From an uncultured Oscillospiraceae bacterium (GTDB lineage: Bacteria; Bacillota; Clostridia; Oscillospirales; Oscillospiraceae): a DNA stretch of 64,000 nucleotides. Made by a program: the position numbers and the translations under genes. The DNA lies in the NCBI GenBank assembly GCA_944385765.1, contig CALWYL010000001.1, forward strand, positions 23,556-87,555, read 5' to 3'. The notes below the pieces were generated by a model that was not told the origin of the DNA, searched no databases, and saw only the letters and a list, made by a program, of their open reading frames with translations. This document shows, piece by piece, positions 1 through 9,603 of this stretch; position 1 is the stretch's first letter; the number at the start of each line of letters is the position of its first letter.

Positions 1-150
1 TTTCTCCTCCGCTGTCTGTTTTTCTGTCCGCTCCGCGGAGCACCCCCGGAGCAAGGATATTATCTGCACAAAGGCAAAAAAATATGTTGCTTTTTTTCTC
101 TTTTAGTATAGTATATAGTTACGCGTCAAATAAACTTCAGGAGGTTTACC

Positions 151-690
151 ATGGAACTCAAGGACAGCAAGACTTTTGAGAATCTGCAGACCGCTTTCGC
201 CGGTGAATCCCAGGCCCGTGTCAAGTACGAGTACTACGCTTCCCAAGCCAAGAAGGACGGCTACGAGCAGATAGCGGCCTTCTTCAGCGAGACCTCTGCC
301 AACGAGAAGGAGCACGCCAAGCTCTGGTACAAGGCCATGCACGGCGGCAAGATTGGCCCCACCACCGAAAACCTCAAGCTCGCCGCCGATGGCGAGAACT
401 ACGAGTGGACCGAGATGTACGCCGGCTTCGCCAAGACCGCCGAGGAGGAGGGCTTCACCCAGATAGCCGCCCAGATGCGCGGTGTGGCCGCCATCGAGAA
501 GGAACACGAGGAGCGCTACCTCGCCCTGCTGAAGAACATCGAGCAGGCCCAGGTGTTCAGCCGCGTCGGCGAGCAGGTTTGGGTCTGCCGCAACTGCGGC
601 CACGTCCATGTCGGCCCCAGCGCCCCCGTGGTCTGCCCCGTATGTGCCCATCCCCAGGCCTTCTTCGAGCTCAAGGCCACCAATTATTGA
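151..690 (+). CDS. rbr: rubrerythrin (ferritin-like di-iron domain plus C-terminal rubredoxin-like domain)
   Basis: 179-aa ORF with a GGAGG RBS upstream. N-terminus reads [30 protein letters not shown] motifs are present, and the C-terminus carries CRNCGH...CPVCAHP. Confidence 0.9.
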   Translation: MELKDSKTFENLQTAFAGESQARVKYEYYASQAKKDGYEQIAAFFSETSANEKEHAKLWYKAMHGGKIGPTTENLKLAADGENYEWTEMYAGFAKTAEEEGFTQIAAQMRGVAAIEKEHEERYLALLKNIEQAQVFSRVGEQVWVCRNCGHVHVGPSAPVVCPVCAHPQAFFELKATNY

Positions 691-709
691 TAGCTTCTCG
701 CAGCCCCAA

Positions 710-742
710 GCGGCACAGCCCAGCTGTGCCGCTTTTTATTTT
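710..742 (+). terminator. rho-independent terminator after rbr
   Basis: Stem GCGGCACAGC, loop cca, stem GCTGTGCCGC, followed by TTTTTATTTT. Confidence 0.65.
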
Positions 743-746
743 ACGC

Positions 747-775
747 TTGACAAAGTGCCTATCTTGCATTACAAT
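747..775 (+). promoter_or_regulatory. sigma-A-type promoter of the padR operon
   Basis: TTGACA (747-752), 17-nt spacer, TACAAT (770-775). Confidence 0.5.
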
Positions 776-801
776 GTACACGCTGCATTGCAATGCAAGA
801 T
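761..801. promoter_or_regulatory. operator-like inverted repeats overlapping the padR promoter
   Basis: ATCTTGCATT (761-770) and AATGCAAGAT (792-801) form a perfect 10-bp inverted repeat. A perfect 12-bp palindrome GCATTGCAATGC lies inside it (785-796). Confidence 0.4.
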
Positions 802-816
802 AGAGGAGGCGGCGGC

Positions 817-1149
817 TTGATACCCTCACAGATGCTAAAGGGCATACTCTCCGGCTGTGTCCTGGCCGTTATCTCCCAAAGGGAGACCTACGGCTACGAG
901 ATATCCCAGAAGCTCGGCGAATATGGCCTGGGGAGCGTCTCGGAGGGCACCATATACCCGCTGCTGCTGAGGCTGGAGAAGAGCGGGTTCATCTCGGCGC
1001 TCTACCGTGAGTCGGCCTCGGGCCCCATGCGGAAATATTACTCTCTCACACCGGCGGGGCGCCTGGAGCTGGAGGGCTTCATCTCCAGCTACGGCGAGCT
1101 CTCCCGCGCCGTGGAACGGCTGTTAAATGAAATGGAGGCAGTGAAATGA
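817..1149 (+). CDS. PadR family transcriptional regulator
   Basis: Winged-helix motif GYEISQKL...GTIYPLLLRLEKSGFI...RKYYSLTPAGR. I chose the TTG start at 817 because it lies 7 nt after GGAGG. ATG 832 is the alternative. Confidence 0.85.
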   Translation: MIPSQMLKGILSGCVLAVISQRETYGYEISQKLGEYGLGSVSEGTIYPLLLRLEKSGFISALYRESASGPMRKYYSLTPAGRLELEGFISSYGELSRAVERLLNEMEAVK

Positions 1150-1799
1150 GCAAGAGGACGGACCAGCTGCGGGAGGAGAACAACAGGAGGGAAAAGTCCC
1201 TCGGCGCGGAGTCGAACGCCGTGCTGACCGACATCGTCGTCTATCTGCGCACATCGCGCCTGGGCGGATACGACCAGGAACTGGTGCGGCGCGACATAGC
1301 CCAAATGCTGCTCGAAGGCGAAAAGCGCGGGCAGACGGCCCGCGAGGTCATAGGCGGAGATTACAAGAAGTTCTGCGACGACATAATATCCGAGTTCCCA
1401 CAACAGGCCGTGTCCGTGCGCGCCCTCTCCGCTCTGCGCACCTTTTTCCTCTGCGCCGCCGTGCTGCTCACCATAAAGGCCGCGTCCGGAGCCCTCTCCG
1501 GGCTGTTGAGCGGAGGGCGCTGGTACTATCTCACCATCACGCTGGGCGACGTTCTGGGGTTTGGGCTCGTCCTGCTCGCCGCTTCGGCCATCTTCGTCTT
1601 CATATCAAAGAAGAGCTTCGACTCCGCCGCGCTGGGCAGCTGGAAATCCTCCTCTGTCCTGTTTGCGGTCGTGTTTGTCATCATATGCGTGTATGTGTTC
1701 GTCCGCTCTCCCCTGTTCGAGATGCACCTGGCCCTGTTCGCGCTGCTGCCGATATTGTCCTACGCGGCATATAAGCTGATAGACGCCAGGATAGACTGA
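1146..1799 (+). CDS. PadR-associated membrane protein (DUF1129/DUF1700-like)
   Basis: ATGA overlap with the padR stop. Soluble helical N-terminus followed by about 4 TM segments. The family name is assigned from memory of the architecture. Confidence 0.55.
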   Translation: MSKRTDQLREENNRREKSLGAESNAVLTDIVVYLRTSRLGGYDQELVRRDIAQMLLEGEKRGQTAREVIGGDYKKFCDDIISEFPQQAVSVRALSALRTFFLCAAVLLTIKAASGALSGLLSGGRWYYLTITLGDVLGFGLVLLAASAIFVFISKKSFDSAALGSWKSSSVLFAVVFVIICVYVFVRSPLFEMHLALFALLPILSYAAYKLIDARID

Positions 1800-1841
1800 G
1801 AGCACGGCCCTCTGAAAATTGAGGGCCGTGCTCTTTATTTT
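1800..1841. terminator. bidirectional terminator between convergent genes
   Basis: Stem GAGCACGGCCCTC, 8-nt loop, stem GAGGGCCGTGCTC, then TTTATTTT. It overlaps the ppk1 stop codon. Confidence 0.6.
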
Positions 1842-3982
1842 CTCCAGAGCTCCCTCAGCCTCGCGAGCAGGCCGCGCCGCTCGCGCATAACCTGTTGATG
1901 TTCCTCCGCCTCTCTCGCCTCGCGCACCGCCTCGGCCATCAGTTCGGCCTGCGAGTCGATGCAGGGCTCCCCCTCTTCCCGCGGCACCGGAACATAGCGG
2001 CCGTTCATCAGCATGTTGCGCGCCTTCACATTGTCTGAGCAGAAGAGCTCAATATATCCGGCTATGCGCCGCCTGACCTCCGGATCCAGCACCGGACAGG
2101 CAATCTCCACCCTTCTCTGGGTGTTGCGCGTCATCAAATCGGCAGAGCCGATGTATATGCGGGCGTCATCCCCCACCCCGAAAGCGAATATGCGCGGGTG
2201 CTCCAGGAACCTGCCCACGATGGAGAACACCCTTATGCGGTCCGTGAGCCCGGGCACTCCCGGCCGGAGGCAGCATATGCCGCGTATGTTCATCGCGATG
2301 TCCACTCCGGCCTGGCTGGCCCAGGCCAGACGGTCTATCACGTCGCGGTCGGTGAGAGAGTTGATTTTGATGAATATCCTGGCAGGCTGCCCGGCCTTCG
2401 CCTTGGCGATTTCGCCGTCTATCATCTCCAGCACGCTGCGCTTCAGGCCGTGCGGCGCCACGAGCAGATGCCTGTACTCCCCCTCCAGATTGGATATGGA
2501 CATGTTCTGGAAAAATGCCGCCGCATCCTCGCCAATTCCGGGGTCGGCCGTCATCAGGCAGAAGTCCGTATAGAGCTTGGCGGTCTTTTCATTGTAGTTC
2601 CCTGTGCCTATCTGGGTTATGTGCTGTATCCCGCCCCGCTCCCGGCGCGTTATCAGGCATATCTTTGAGTGGACCTTGAAACACTCAAAGCCGTAAAGTA
2701 TGGTGCAGCCCGCCTCCTCCAGCCTCTCCGCCCAGGCTATGTTGTTCTGCTCGTCAAAGCGGGCCCGCAGCTCCATCAGCACGGTGACATCCTTGCCGTT
2801 CTCCGCCGCCGCGGCCAGATACTCCACCAGTTTGGCCGTCTTGGCCAGGCGGTATATGGTTATCTTGATGGACAGCACCGCCGGGTCCGAGGCCGCCTCC
2901 TTAACCATCTTCAAAAATGGCTCCATGGACTGATATGGGTAGAAGAGCAGCACATCCCTGTGCAGTATCTGCGGTATCAGCTTCTCGTTCCGCGCCAGGT
3001 CGGCGCTCCACTGGGGGATGTAGGGCGGATAGCACAGCGCGGCGGCGCTCTCCGGCGGCAGCCGGCTCTCCAGCGCGTAGACATAGCCCATGGCCAGCGG
3101 GCTCTTGCAGCGGAACACCTGTTCCCCCCGGAGCTGCAGTCGCCGGCAGAGGTACTGTATCACCTCGTCTGAGGGCTCTCCCTGTATCTCCAGCCGCACA
3201 TGCGCCAGGCGGTTGCGCTTTTTCAGGACCTTTATCATGTGCTCTCTGAAGTCCTCTCCCACGTCATAGTCCTCGTCCTCGGGGCTTATGTCCGCGTTGC
3301 GGGTCACACTGATGACATGCTTCTCCAGCACCTGATAGGAGTGGAAAAGCCTCCCGGCGTATTCCAGCACCAGCTGCTCTGTCAGGATGTAGCGCAATCC
3401 CGGCTCGTTGAAGCAGAAAAAGTCCGGCAGCGCCTTGGGTATCGGCACGAGCCCGAACACCCTCTCCCCCTCCCTCTGCAGCACGAGTATCACGTTCAGG
3501 CTCTTGGTGGGCAGGTGCGGGAAGGGGTGGTGGCCGTTTATCACCATGGGCGAGAGCACGGGATATATGCTGTCGCGGAACCACTGCTCCGCTTGCTTCT
3601 TCTCCTTGCCCTCGAGCTCTCCTGGGCTGAGGCAGCAGATGTTGCAGCTCCGCAGCCGCGCGTTTATCTCCCCTATCGTCTTGTCGCGCTGCTTGTAGAG
3701 CGCCGGCACGGCCTTGAATATGGCCTCCAGCTGCTCCGACGGGGTCATGCCGCTCTTGTTGTCGATGTGGCTCTGTTTGGAGAGCGTCATGTCATATATG
3801 GAGCCCACGCGTATCATGAAAAACTCGTCCAGGTTGCTGGTAAAGATGGAGGCAAACTTCAGCCTCTCGAAGAGCGGCACACTCTCGTCCCTGGCCTCCT
3901 CCAGCACCCTCTCGTTGAATCTCAGCCAGGACAGTTCGCGCTCCTGGCTGTAACTGGTGTCTATCTGCCTCTTATCCTGCAT
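1835..3982 (-). CDS. ppk1: polyphosphate kinase 1
   Basis: 715 aa. N-terminus ERELSWLRFNERVLEEA...RLKFASIFTSNLDEFFMIRV is typical of PPK1, and the PLD-like C-domains are present. Confidence 0.95.
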   Translation of the reverse strand: MQDKRQIDTSYSQERELSWLRFNERVLEEARDESVPLFERLKFASIFTSNLDEFFMIRVGSIYDMTLSKQSHIDNKSGMTPSEQLEAIFKAVPALYKQRDKTIGEINARLRSCNICCLSPGELEGKEKKQAEQWFRDSIYPVLSPMVINGHHPFPHLPTKSLNVILVLQREGERVFGLVPIPKALPDFFCFNEPGLRYILTEQLVLEYAGRLFHSYQVLEKHVISVTRNADISPEDEDYDVGEDFREHMIKVLKKRNRLAHVRLEIQGEPSDEVIQYLCRRLQLRGEQVFRCKSPLAMGYVYALESRLPPESAAALCYPPYIPQWSADLARNEKLIPQILHRDVLLFYPYQSMEPFLKMVKEAASDPAVLSIKITIYRLAKTAKLVEYLAAAAENGKDVTVLMELRARFDEQNNIAWAERLEEAGCTILYGFECFKVHSKICLITRRERGGIQHITQIGTGNYNEKTAKLYTDFCLMTADPGIGEDAAAFFQNMSISNLEGEYRHLLVAPHGLKRSVLEMIDGEIAKAKAGQPARIFIKINSLTDRDVIDRLAWASQAGVDIAMNIRGICCLRPGVPGLTDRIRVFSIVGRFLEHPRIFAFGVGDDARIYIGSADLMTRNTQRRVEIACPVLDPEVRRRIAGYIELFCSDNVKARNMLMNGRYVPVPREEGEPCIDSQAELMAEAVREAREAEEHQQVMRERRGLLARLRELWRK

Positions 3983-4886
3983 TGTCAGACGCTCCGATCA
4001 CTCTGCTGAGCAGATATCCCTCGCGCACCCCGCGCTCGCTTATGGACACCGACTCCACGCCGAAGGCTGTGAGCACCGAGGTGAGTATGGCCATGCCCGG
4101 CAGTATGGTGTGTATGCGCTCCGGCGCCGTGCGCAATATCAGCTCCAGCGCGCGTTTCCCGCCTCTCTTCAGGCCCTTATAGAGCTCTGCCAGCTCCCCG
4201 GCCGACACTAGCCTCGAGGCCGGCTCCGTATCCGTCAGCTTGCCGTACAGCTTGGCGGCGGCCCTGATGGTCCCGCCGACTCCCACCAGATGCAGATATT
4301 TGTTTCCCGGCATCCCCGCCCTGGCTATTTCCCGCTTGACGCGCTCGCGCATCTCGCGCCGCTCCTCCTTGCCGGGAAACAGGCCGGACACGTATTCGTT
4401 GTACATAGAGAGCGAACCCACCGGCAAGCTGCACTCCGCGCTCACGCGACCCTCCGAGTAGGCCACGAGCTCTGTGGAGCCCCCGCCGATGTCGGCCAGC
4501 AGCCCGGTGCGGGGCGCGCTGCCTCCCCAGACGGCCCCGGTATACGAGAGCTGTGCCTCCTCCGCCCCGCTGAGGACGTCCACGTCTATGCCGGTGACCG
4601 CCCTTATGGTGTTCACCGCCTCCTCGGTGTTGACGATGTTGCGCAGCGGCGCCGTGCCGAATACGCTTATCCCCTCAGCCCCCAGGTTCTCCGCCAGCTC
4701 GCGGAACGAGCAGAGCACGCGGCAGGCCAAAAGTATGCCCCCGTCGCCCAGCTCTCCGTTTTTTATATACCCCGCCAGGCCAGCGGTCACTTTCTTGTTC
4801 ATCAGCGGCTTGAAATCCCCTCCGGAACAGCTGTAAAGCGACAGCCGTATCGTGTTGGAGCCCAGGTCTATTATGGCGTATTTCAT
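3972..4886 (-). CDS. ppx: Ppx/GppA family exopolyphosphatase
   Basis: MKYAIIDLGSNTIRLS ASKHA-fold N-terminus. It overlaps the ppk1 start. Start 4886 was chosen for its 7-nt spacing from a GGGG RBS. Confidence 0.85.
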   Translation of the reverse strand: MKYAIIDLGSNTIRLSLYSCSGGDFKPLMNKKVTAGLAGYIKNGELGDGGILLACRVLCSFRELAENLGAEGISVFGTAPLRNIVNTEEAVNTIRAVTGIDVDVLSGAEEAQLSYTGAVWGGSAPRTGLLADIGGGSTELVAYSEGRVSAECSLPVGSLSMYNEYVSGLFPGKEERREMRERVKREIARAGMPGNKYLHLVGVGGTIRAAAKLYGKLTDTEPASRLVSAGELAELYKGLKRGGKRALELILRTAPERIHTILPGMAILTSVLTAFGVESVSISERGVREGYLLSRVIGASDNAG

Positions 4887-5041
4887 GAACATACCCCAAT
4901 CATATAGATAATCGGGAATATTATTCCCCAACTATTTGAACTTTTCTATCGGCTGCGTGTTAATTCACTGTAAAGGGCAGAGCCTGCCTGTAAAAAATGC
5001 CCGGCGGCAGTAGCCTCCGGGCGCTTTTCACTTTTATCTGG

Positions 5042-5065
5042 AAAAAGGCCGGCGTCGGCCGGCCT
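5042..5065 (-). terminator. terminator after xerD
   Basis: On the minus strand: AGGCCGGC, loop cgac, GCCGGCCT, then TTTTT. A second hairpin lies at about 5007-5030. Confidence 0.5.
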
Positions 5066-5099
5066 CTAAATTCAGCAGTCGCTCGCCCAAGTGCCCGCA

Positions 5100-5990
5100 T
5101 CAGGCCCTGGGGTGCGCCTTGTTGTATATGTCCTTGAGCTGTTTTTTCACCAGATGCGAATACACCTGGGTGGAGGAGATGTCCGCGTGGCCGAGCATCT
5201 CCTGGATGGCGTGGAGGTCCGCGCCGTTCTCCAGCAGGTGCGCGGCAAAAGAGTGGCGCAGTGTGTGCGGGGTGATGGTCTTCTCTATGTGGGCCTTTGC
5301 CTGATAGGACTTGATGATTTTCCAAAACCCCTGGCGGGACATCCTCTCTCCGCTGACGTTGACGAAGAGAGAGGGCTCGTCCGGCTCCGCTATCATCTGC
5401 GGGCGGATGAACTCCACATACTCCGACAGCGCCTTGACCGCGGCGGGGTACAGCGGGATTATGCGCTCCTTGCCCTTGCTGCTGCAGCGGATTATGCCCG
5501 CGGCCAGGTTCAAATCGCTGACATTGAGCCCAATGAGCTCGCTGACGCGGATACCGGTGGCATAGAGCAGCTCCAGCATGGCCCGGTCGCGGTAGCCCTT
5601 CATGTCCGTGCACTCCGGCTGCTCGAGCAGCAGCTCGACCTCCTTGCTGGTGAGTATCTGCGGGAGCTTGTGTGCCGCCTTCTCCGGCACCAGCTTGGTG
5701 GTGGGCAGCTCGTCTATCTCCCCCTCGTTCTGCAGGAAGGTATAGAAGCATTTGAGCGAGGCAATGCAGCGGGCCACAGTGGCCGCGGACTTGCCGTTGC
5801 CCTTCATCCAGGCGGTATAGGCCGCCAGGTCGTCCTCTCCGGCCTCCTCCAGTCCGGGCCGGCCATGCGAGGACAGGTAGCCCTCAAGCTGCCTGATATC
5901 ACGCATGTACGAGGCCAGGGTGTTAGCGGAAGACTTCTTGACATCGGTCAGGTATTTCTCAAATTCCGCCAGACAGACGTCGTCGCTCAC
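5100..5990 (-). CDS. xerD: tyrosine site-specific recombinase XerD/XerC
   Basis: 296 aa with a GTG start after GGGGGTG. The C-terminus reads ITPHTLRHSFAAHLLENGADLHAIQEMLGHADISSTQVY. Confidence 0.85.
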   Translation of the reverse strand: MSDDVCLAEFEKYLTDVKKSSANTLASYMRDIRQLEGYLSSHGRPGLEEAGEDDLAAYTAWMKGNGKSAATVARCIASLKCFYTFLQNEGEIDELPTTKLVPEKAAHKLPQILTSKEVELLLEQPECTDMKGYRDRAMLELLYATGIRVSELIGLNVSDLNLAAGIIRCSSKGKERIIPLYPAAVKALSEYVEFIRPQMIAEPDEPSLFVNVSGERMSRQGFWKIIKSYQAKAHIEKTITPHTLRHSFAAHLLENGADLHAIQEMLGHADISSTQVYSHLVKKQLKDIYNKAHPRA

Positions 5991-6011
5991 ACTTACACCC
6001 CCATTTCCCCG

Positions 6012-6599
6012 TCAGATTATCAGCCGCACCAGCGGCGGTATGGCAAAGCACTCCAGGGCCGCGGCCGCAAACAGAGCCGCGGCGGCGGTCAGCGCCCGGT
6101 CCTCCCCCCGTATGAACTGCGCGGGTGGGACGCGGTGCATGCACTGGGCCGCCAGCCTGGTGGAGAACAGCATCCCGTCAAAGGCCAGCATGAACAGCGC
6201 CGGCACCGTGAAGGCCGCCGGCAGCCCCAGCACGACCGCCGTGAGCAGCACGCCCCTCCCCGGGTAGGCGGCGGCCAGAGAGGCCACGGCGCAGGAGAGG
6301 ACGAATCCCCTGAAAGCCAGCGCCGCCGGTATGAGCACCGCCCCGAAAACCGAAGTGGCAAACAGCAGAACGACGAGATGATATCTCGAGCAGCCGATAA
6401 GGTGCCCCCAGAAGGAGCTGTAGCCGTACACGCTCCCGTCAGGGTCCATGCTCACCCCGCTCCCCAGCGGGGCTCTGACCCCGATTAAGGCCCCCAGAAC
6501 CGCCCCTGTCAGGAACGCGGCGCAGAGCACGAGCAGCAGCGCGGGCCCCAGCCCCACGGAGCTGACACGCGCGCGAGGCAAACCTATGGCCGCCCTCAT
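6012..6599 (-). CDS. spoIIM: stage II sporulation protein M-like polytopic membrane protein
   Basis: 195 aa with about 5 TM segments, directly downstream of xerD as in many Clostridia/Bacilli. The call rests on size, topology and synteny. Confidence 0.55.
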   Translation of the reverse strand: MRAAIGLPRARVSSVGLGPALLLVLCAAFLTGAVLGALIGVRAPLGSGVSMDPDGSVYGYSSFWGHLIGCSRYHLVVLLFATSVFGAVLIPAALAFRGFVLSCAVASLAAAYPGRGVLLTAVVLGLPAAFTVPALFMLAFDGMLFSTRLAAQCMHRVPPAQFIRGEDRALTAAAALFAAAALECFAIPPLVRLII

Positions 6600-6879
6600 T
6601 ACAGCCGCCCTCTCATAAAATGAGCGCTCGAGAGGGCGCGCTTAACATAACTACAGTGCACACAATATAATACAAATTCCATCAGTAATCAAGCCCTTTG
6701 TCAAAATAAGCGTATTTTTGTGAATTATGCCCATGTATTATGTAAACAGTATTATGTAAACTACGTCAATTCGCGCCCCGCTGCGCTCCTGATATTGCGC
6801 GTATATTCACTAGATTTAGTGCCGTTCTGCCCCTGGCCCAACAATATCTTGGTAATCATCTTTCAATTATGTCTACTGC

Positions 6880-6910
6880 CAGGTAATATTACAAATAGTA
6901 ATATTACCTG
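6880..6910. repeat. perfect AT-rich 13-bp inverted repeat
   Basis: CAGGTAATATTAC, loop aaata, GTAATATTACCTG. It overlaps the stop codon of the upstream minus-strand gene and has no U-tract. Confidence 0.7.
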
Positions 6911-7332
6911 TGCCTCCTGCTTTTGCGCCTCCCTCCTCCCCTCTTGACACACAGCGTGCCGCCGAAGAGGCCGCCCGCCGCCGCCGATAGCGCGTAGCGC
7001 ACAAACGCGGCTGTGAACAGATTTCCCCCCGGGATAATGAGAGAGGCCAGGGCAATCAGCGCGGCGAGCAGCACCCCGCATATCAGCCCGGCCTCGGCCT
7101 CTCCCCTGCCCCGGGCCTTGGCCGCCGCCGCGCCACCGAGAGTTGCCCCGCAGAAGACGCTGGCCGTCACCGCGTAGCCCGCCGCGTCCTCGGGCAGCTT
7201 CCCGTTTATGAGCAGCAGCGCGCTGATGTACATCAGCCCCAGGCCCGCCGCCGTCCCCAAAGCCGCGCCCAACAGCCCCCAGCCCGGTAGGGCTCGTCTC
7301 GCCCCCTGTCTTCTCTCCGCTGTCGTCTGCAT
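6904..7332 (-). CDS. small membrane protein (TIGR04086-like, yajC-associated)
   Basis: Gly/Ala-rich with 3-4 TM segments and a basic C-tail. Start 7332 is preferred because AGGGGG lies 7 nt upstream. Confidence 0.5.
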   Translation of the reverse strand: MQTTAERRQGARRALPGWGLLGAALGTAAGLGLMYISALLLINGKLPEDAAGYAVTASVFCGATLGGAAAAKARGRGEAEAGLICGVLLAALIALASLIIPGGNLFTAAFVRYALSAAAGGLFGGTLCVKRGGGRRKSRRHR

Positions 7333-7403
7333 AAAAAGACCCCCTGACGCTTTAGGATGTTTGTACATCCTATTACGTCAGGGGGCCGGTCATTCCTAAA
7401 AGC

Positions 7404-7811
7404 TCATTCGCCCTTCGGGCTGCCTTCGTCTATGCTGTTTTCCTCGCCGGAGGTCTTGGCCTTCTTCTTGGCCTTGGCATTCCTGGCTGCGGCCTGCTGC
7501 GCGGCCTTGGCCTTCTCCTCGCGCACGTTGGTGGAGATGGCCCACTTGGTGACCTGCAGACGGACGCGGTCCTCGCCGGTCTCGAAGGTGATGGTGTCCT
7601 CGGTGACCTGCACTACTTTGCCCATGATGCCGCCGATGGTGACGATTTCATCGCCTATGGTCAGGTTGTCACGCATCTGAGTGAGCTGCTTTTTGCGCTT
7701 GTTCTCAGGGCGTATCAGGAAGAAGTAGAACACCACGACGATGATGACCAGGAAGAGTATGCCGCTCATCCCGCCTCCTGTGGCAGCCGTCGACAGGAAA
7801 TTCAAGAACAT
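7404..7811 (-). CDS. yajC: preprotein translocase subunit YajC
   Basis: Motif FYFFLIRPENKRKK...IGDEIVTIGGIMGKV, with a GGAGG RBS. Confidence 0.9.
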   Translation of the reverse strand: MFLNFLSTAATGGGMSGILFLVIIVVVFYFFLIRPENKRKKQLTQMRDNLTIGDEIVTIGGIMGKVVQVTEDTITFETGEDRVRLQVTKWAISTNVREEKAKAAQQAAARNAKAKKKAKTSGEENSIDEGSPKGE

Positions 7812-7883
7812 TTTTACTGACCTCCAAAAAACTTTTGAATGTGCTTGTAATTATACCCTGTTGTTTTCCCAATTGCAAGTAAA

Positions 7884-9032
7884 TTATATGCGTTTGTCGA
7901 GCGCATTTGCGTATCTCCGCCGGAACTCGCCAAAAGTCCCCCGCTCCAGCTCGTCCCTGATGCGCGCCATCAGGCTGTTGTAGAACCACAGGTTGTGCGT
8001 CACGGCGAAACGCATGGCCAGCATCTCCTCCGCCTTAAAGAGGTGGCGCAGATAGGCCCGGGAGTACCTGCGGCACACGGGGCAGGAGCACTGCGCGTCT
8101 ATGGGCCCCTCGTCGCGCTCATATTTGGCGTTCTTTATGTTGATTATGCCCTCCCAGGTGAAGAGATGTCCGTGGCGCCCGTTCCTGGCCGGCATCACGC
8201 AGTCGAAGAAGTCCACCCCGCGCATGACGCCCTCGATGATGTTCCCCGGCGTGCCCACGCCCATGAGATAGCGCGGCCTGTCCTGCGGCATATGCTCCTC
8301 CACGGCCTCTATGGTGTCGTACATCTCCTGGGTGCTCTCCCCCACGGCCAGTCCGCCTATGGCGTAGCCCGGCAGGTCCAGCTCGGCTATGCGCTGCATG
8401 TGCTCTATGCGCAGGTCGTGGAACACCGCGCCCTGGTTTATGCCGAACAGGACCTGACCCGGATTGACAGCGCCGGGCTCGGAGTTGTACTCGGCGAGGG
8501 CCGCCTTGCAGCGGGCCAGCCAGCGTGTCGTCCGCCCGCAGGATTGCTTTACATACTCATAGGGCGAGGGTATCTTTATGCACTCGTCAAAGGCCATGGC
8601 GATATCAGAGCCGAGGTTGGACTGTATCCTCATGCTCTCCTCCGGGCCCATGAAGATATGCCGCCCGTCCACATGCGAGTTGAAGCGCACGCCCTCCTCG
8701 CTGATTTTCCTCAGCTCCGCGAGGGAAAAAATCTGGAACCCCCCGCTGTCGGTGAGTATGGGCCCGTCCCAGGTCATGAACCGGTGCAGGCCTCCCAGCT
8801 CCTTTATCAGGGCGTCTCCCGGCCTCACATGCAGATGATAGGTGTTGGACAGCTCTATCTGGCAGCCTATCTCCCGCAGGTCCCGCGCCGAGAGGGCCCC
8901 CTTTATAGCGGCCTGAGTGCCCACATTCATGAAAACCGGCGTCTGCACCACTCCGTGCGGGCAGGTGAACTCCCCGCGCCTGGCGCGCCCCTCGGTCTTT
9001 ATCAGTCTGAACAAATTATCAACCCCGTTCAT
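7884..9032 (-). CDS. tgt: tRNA-guanine transglycosylase (queuine tRNA-ribosyltransferase)
   Basis: Motifs ARRGEFTCPHGVVQTPVFMNVGT, DSGGFQ, and Zn site CSCPVC...H. The start is uncertain (9032 ATG or 9071 TTG). Confidence 0.9.
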   Translation of the reverse strand: MNGVDNLFRLIKTEGRARRGEFTCPHGVVQTPVFMNVGTQAAIKGALSARDLREIGCQIELSNTYHLHVRPGDALIKELGGLHRFMTWDGPILTDSGGFQIFSLAELRKISEEGVRFNSHVDGRHIFMGPEESMRIQSNLGSDIAMAFDECIKIPSPYEYVKQSCGRTTRWLARCKAALAEYNSEPGAVNPGQVLFGINQGAVFHDLRIEHMQRIAELDLPGYAIGGLAVGESTQEMYDTIEAVEEHMPQDRPRYLMGVGTPGNIIEGVMRGVDFFDCVMPARNGRHGHLFTWEGIINIKNAKYERDEGPIDAQCSCPVCRRYSRAYLRHLFKAEEMLAMRFAVTHNLWFYNSLMARIRDELERGTFGEFRRRYANALDKRI

Positions 9033-9170
9033 TAAAAAGTCGCGGCGCAGCGGCCGCGGCTCTGCTGACAATTATATTGTATGCCGCTCAAAAGTCAACA
9101 TTAAATTCTTGTGGTTTCGCCGCGCCTGTGGTAAAATCAAACCAACACAATGTCTCCCGGGAGGAAAACG

Positions 9171-9548
9171 ATGAAGACCCACGAATCAGCAGAGATGTAT
9201 CTGGAGACCATACTTGTCCTCCTAGAAAAGAAGGGCAATGTCCGTTCAATAGATATAGCAAACGAGATGAATTTCTCCAAGCCCAGCGTGAGCATCGCCA
9301 TGAAGAATCTGCGCTCGAGCGAGTGCATAGAGGTGTCGCCGGACGGCCTGATAACTCTCACGGACAAGGGGCGGGCAATCGCCGGCAAGATATACGAGCG
9401 CCACACCTATATATCCCGCTGGCTCACCTCACTGGGCGTCAGCCCCGCCACCGCGGAGGACGACGCCTGCCGCATCGAGCACGTCATAAGCGACGAGACC
9501 TTCGAGGCCCTAAAGGCCCATGTGACATCGGGCAAAAACGCGAAATAA
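9171..9548 (+). CDS. DtxR/MntR family metal-dependent repressor
   Basis: MKTHESAEMYLETILVL...SVSIAMKNL helix-turn-helix, with a GGGAGG RBS. Confidence 0.85.
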   Translation: MKTHESAEMYLETILVLLEKKGNVRSIDIANEMNFSKPSVSIAMKNLRSSECIEVSPDGLITLTDKGRAIAGKIYERHTYISRWLTSLGVSPATAEDDACRIEHVISDETFEALKAHVTSGKNAK

Positions 9549-9580
9549 GAGCAGCGCCCCAGGGGCGCTGCTCTTATTCT
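9545..9580. terminator. bidirectional terminator
   Basis: ATAAGAGCAGCGCCCC / GGGGCGCTGCTCTTAT forms a 16-bp palindromic stem followed by TT. Confidence 0.55.
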
Positions 9581-9603
9581 GCGCTATAATAACCACTCCG
9601 CCC

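Noticed and set aside
60-150. A PerR/Fur-type box upstream of rubrerythrin (TTAGTATAGTATATAGTTA).
   Set aside because: The sequence is AT-rich but is not a convincing palindrome and does not match TTATAATnATTATAA. It looks more like a TAGTATAG/TATATAG direct repeat.
5091-6488. A 465-aa plus-strand ORF.
   Set aside because: It is antisense to xerD and spoIIM. It is rich in Arg/Gly/Leu/Gln and has no motifs.
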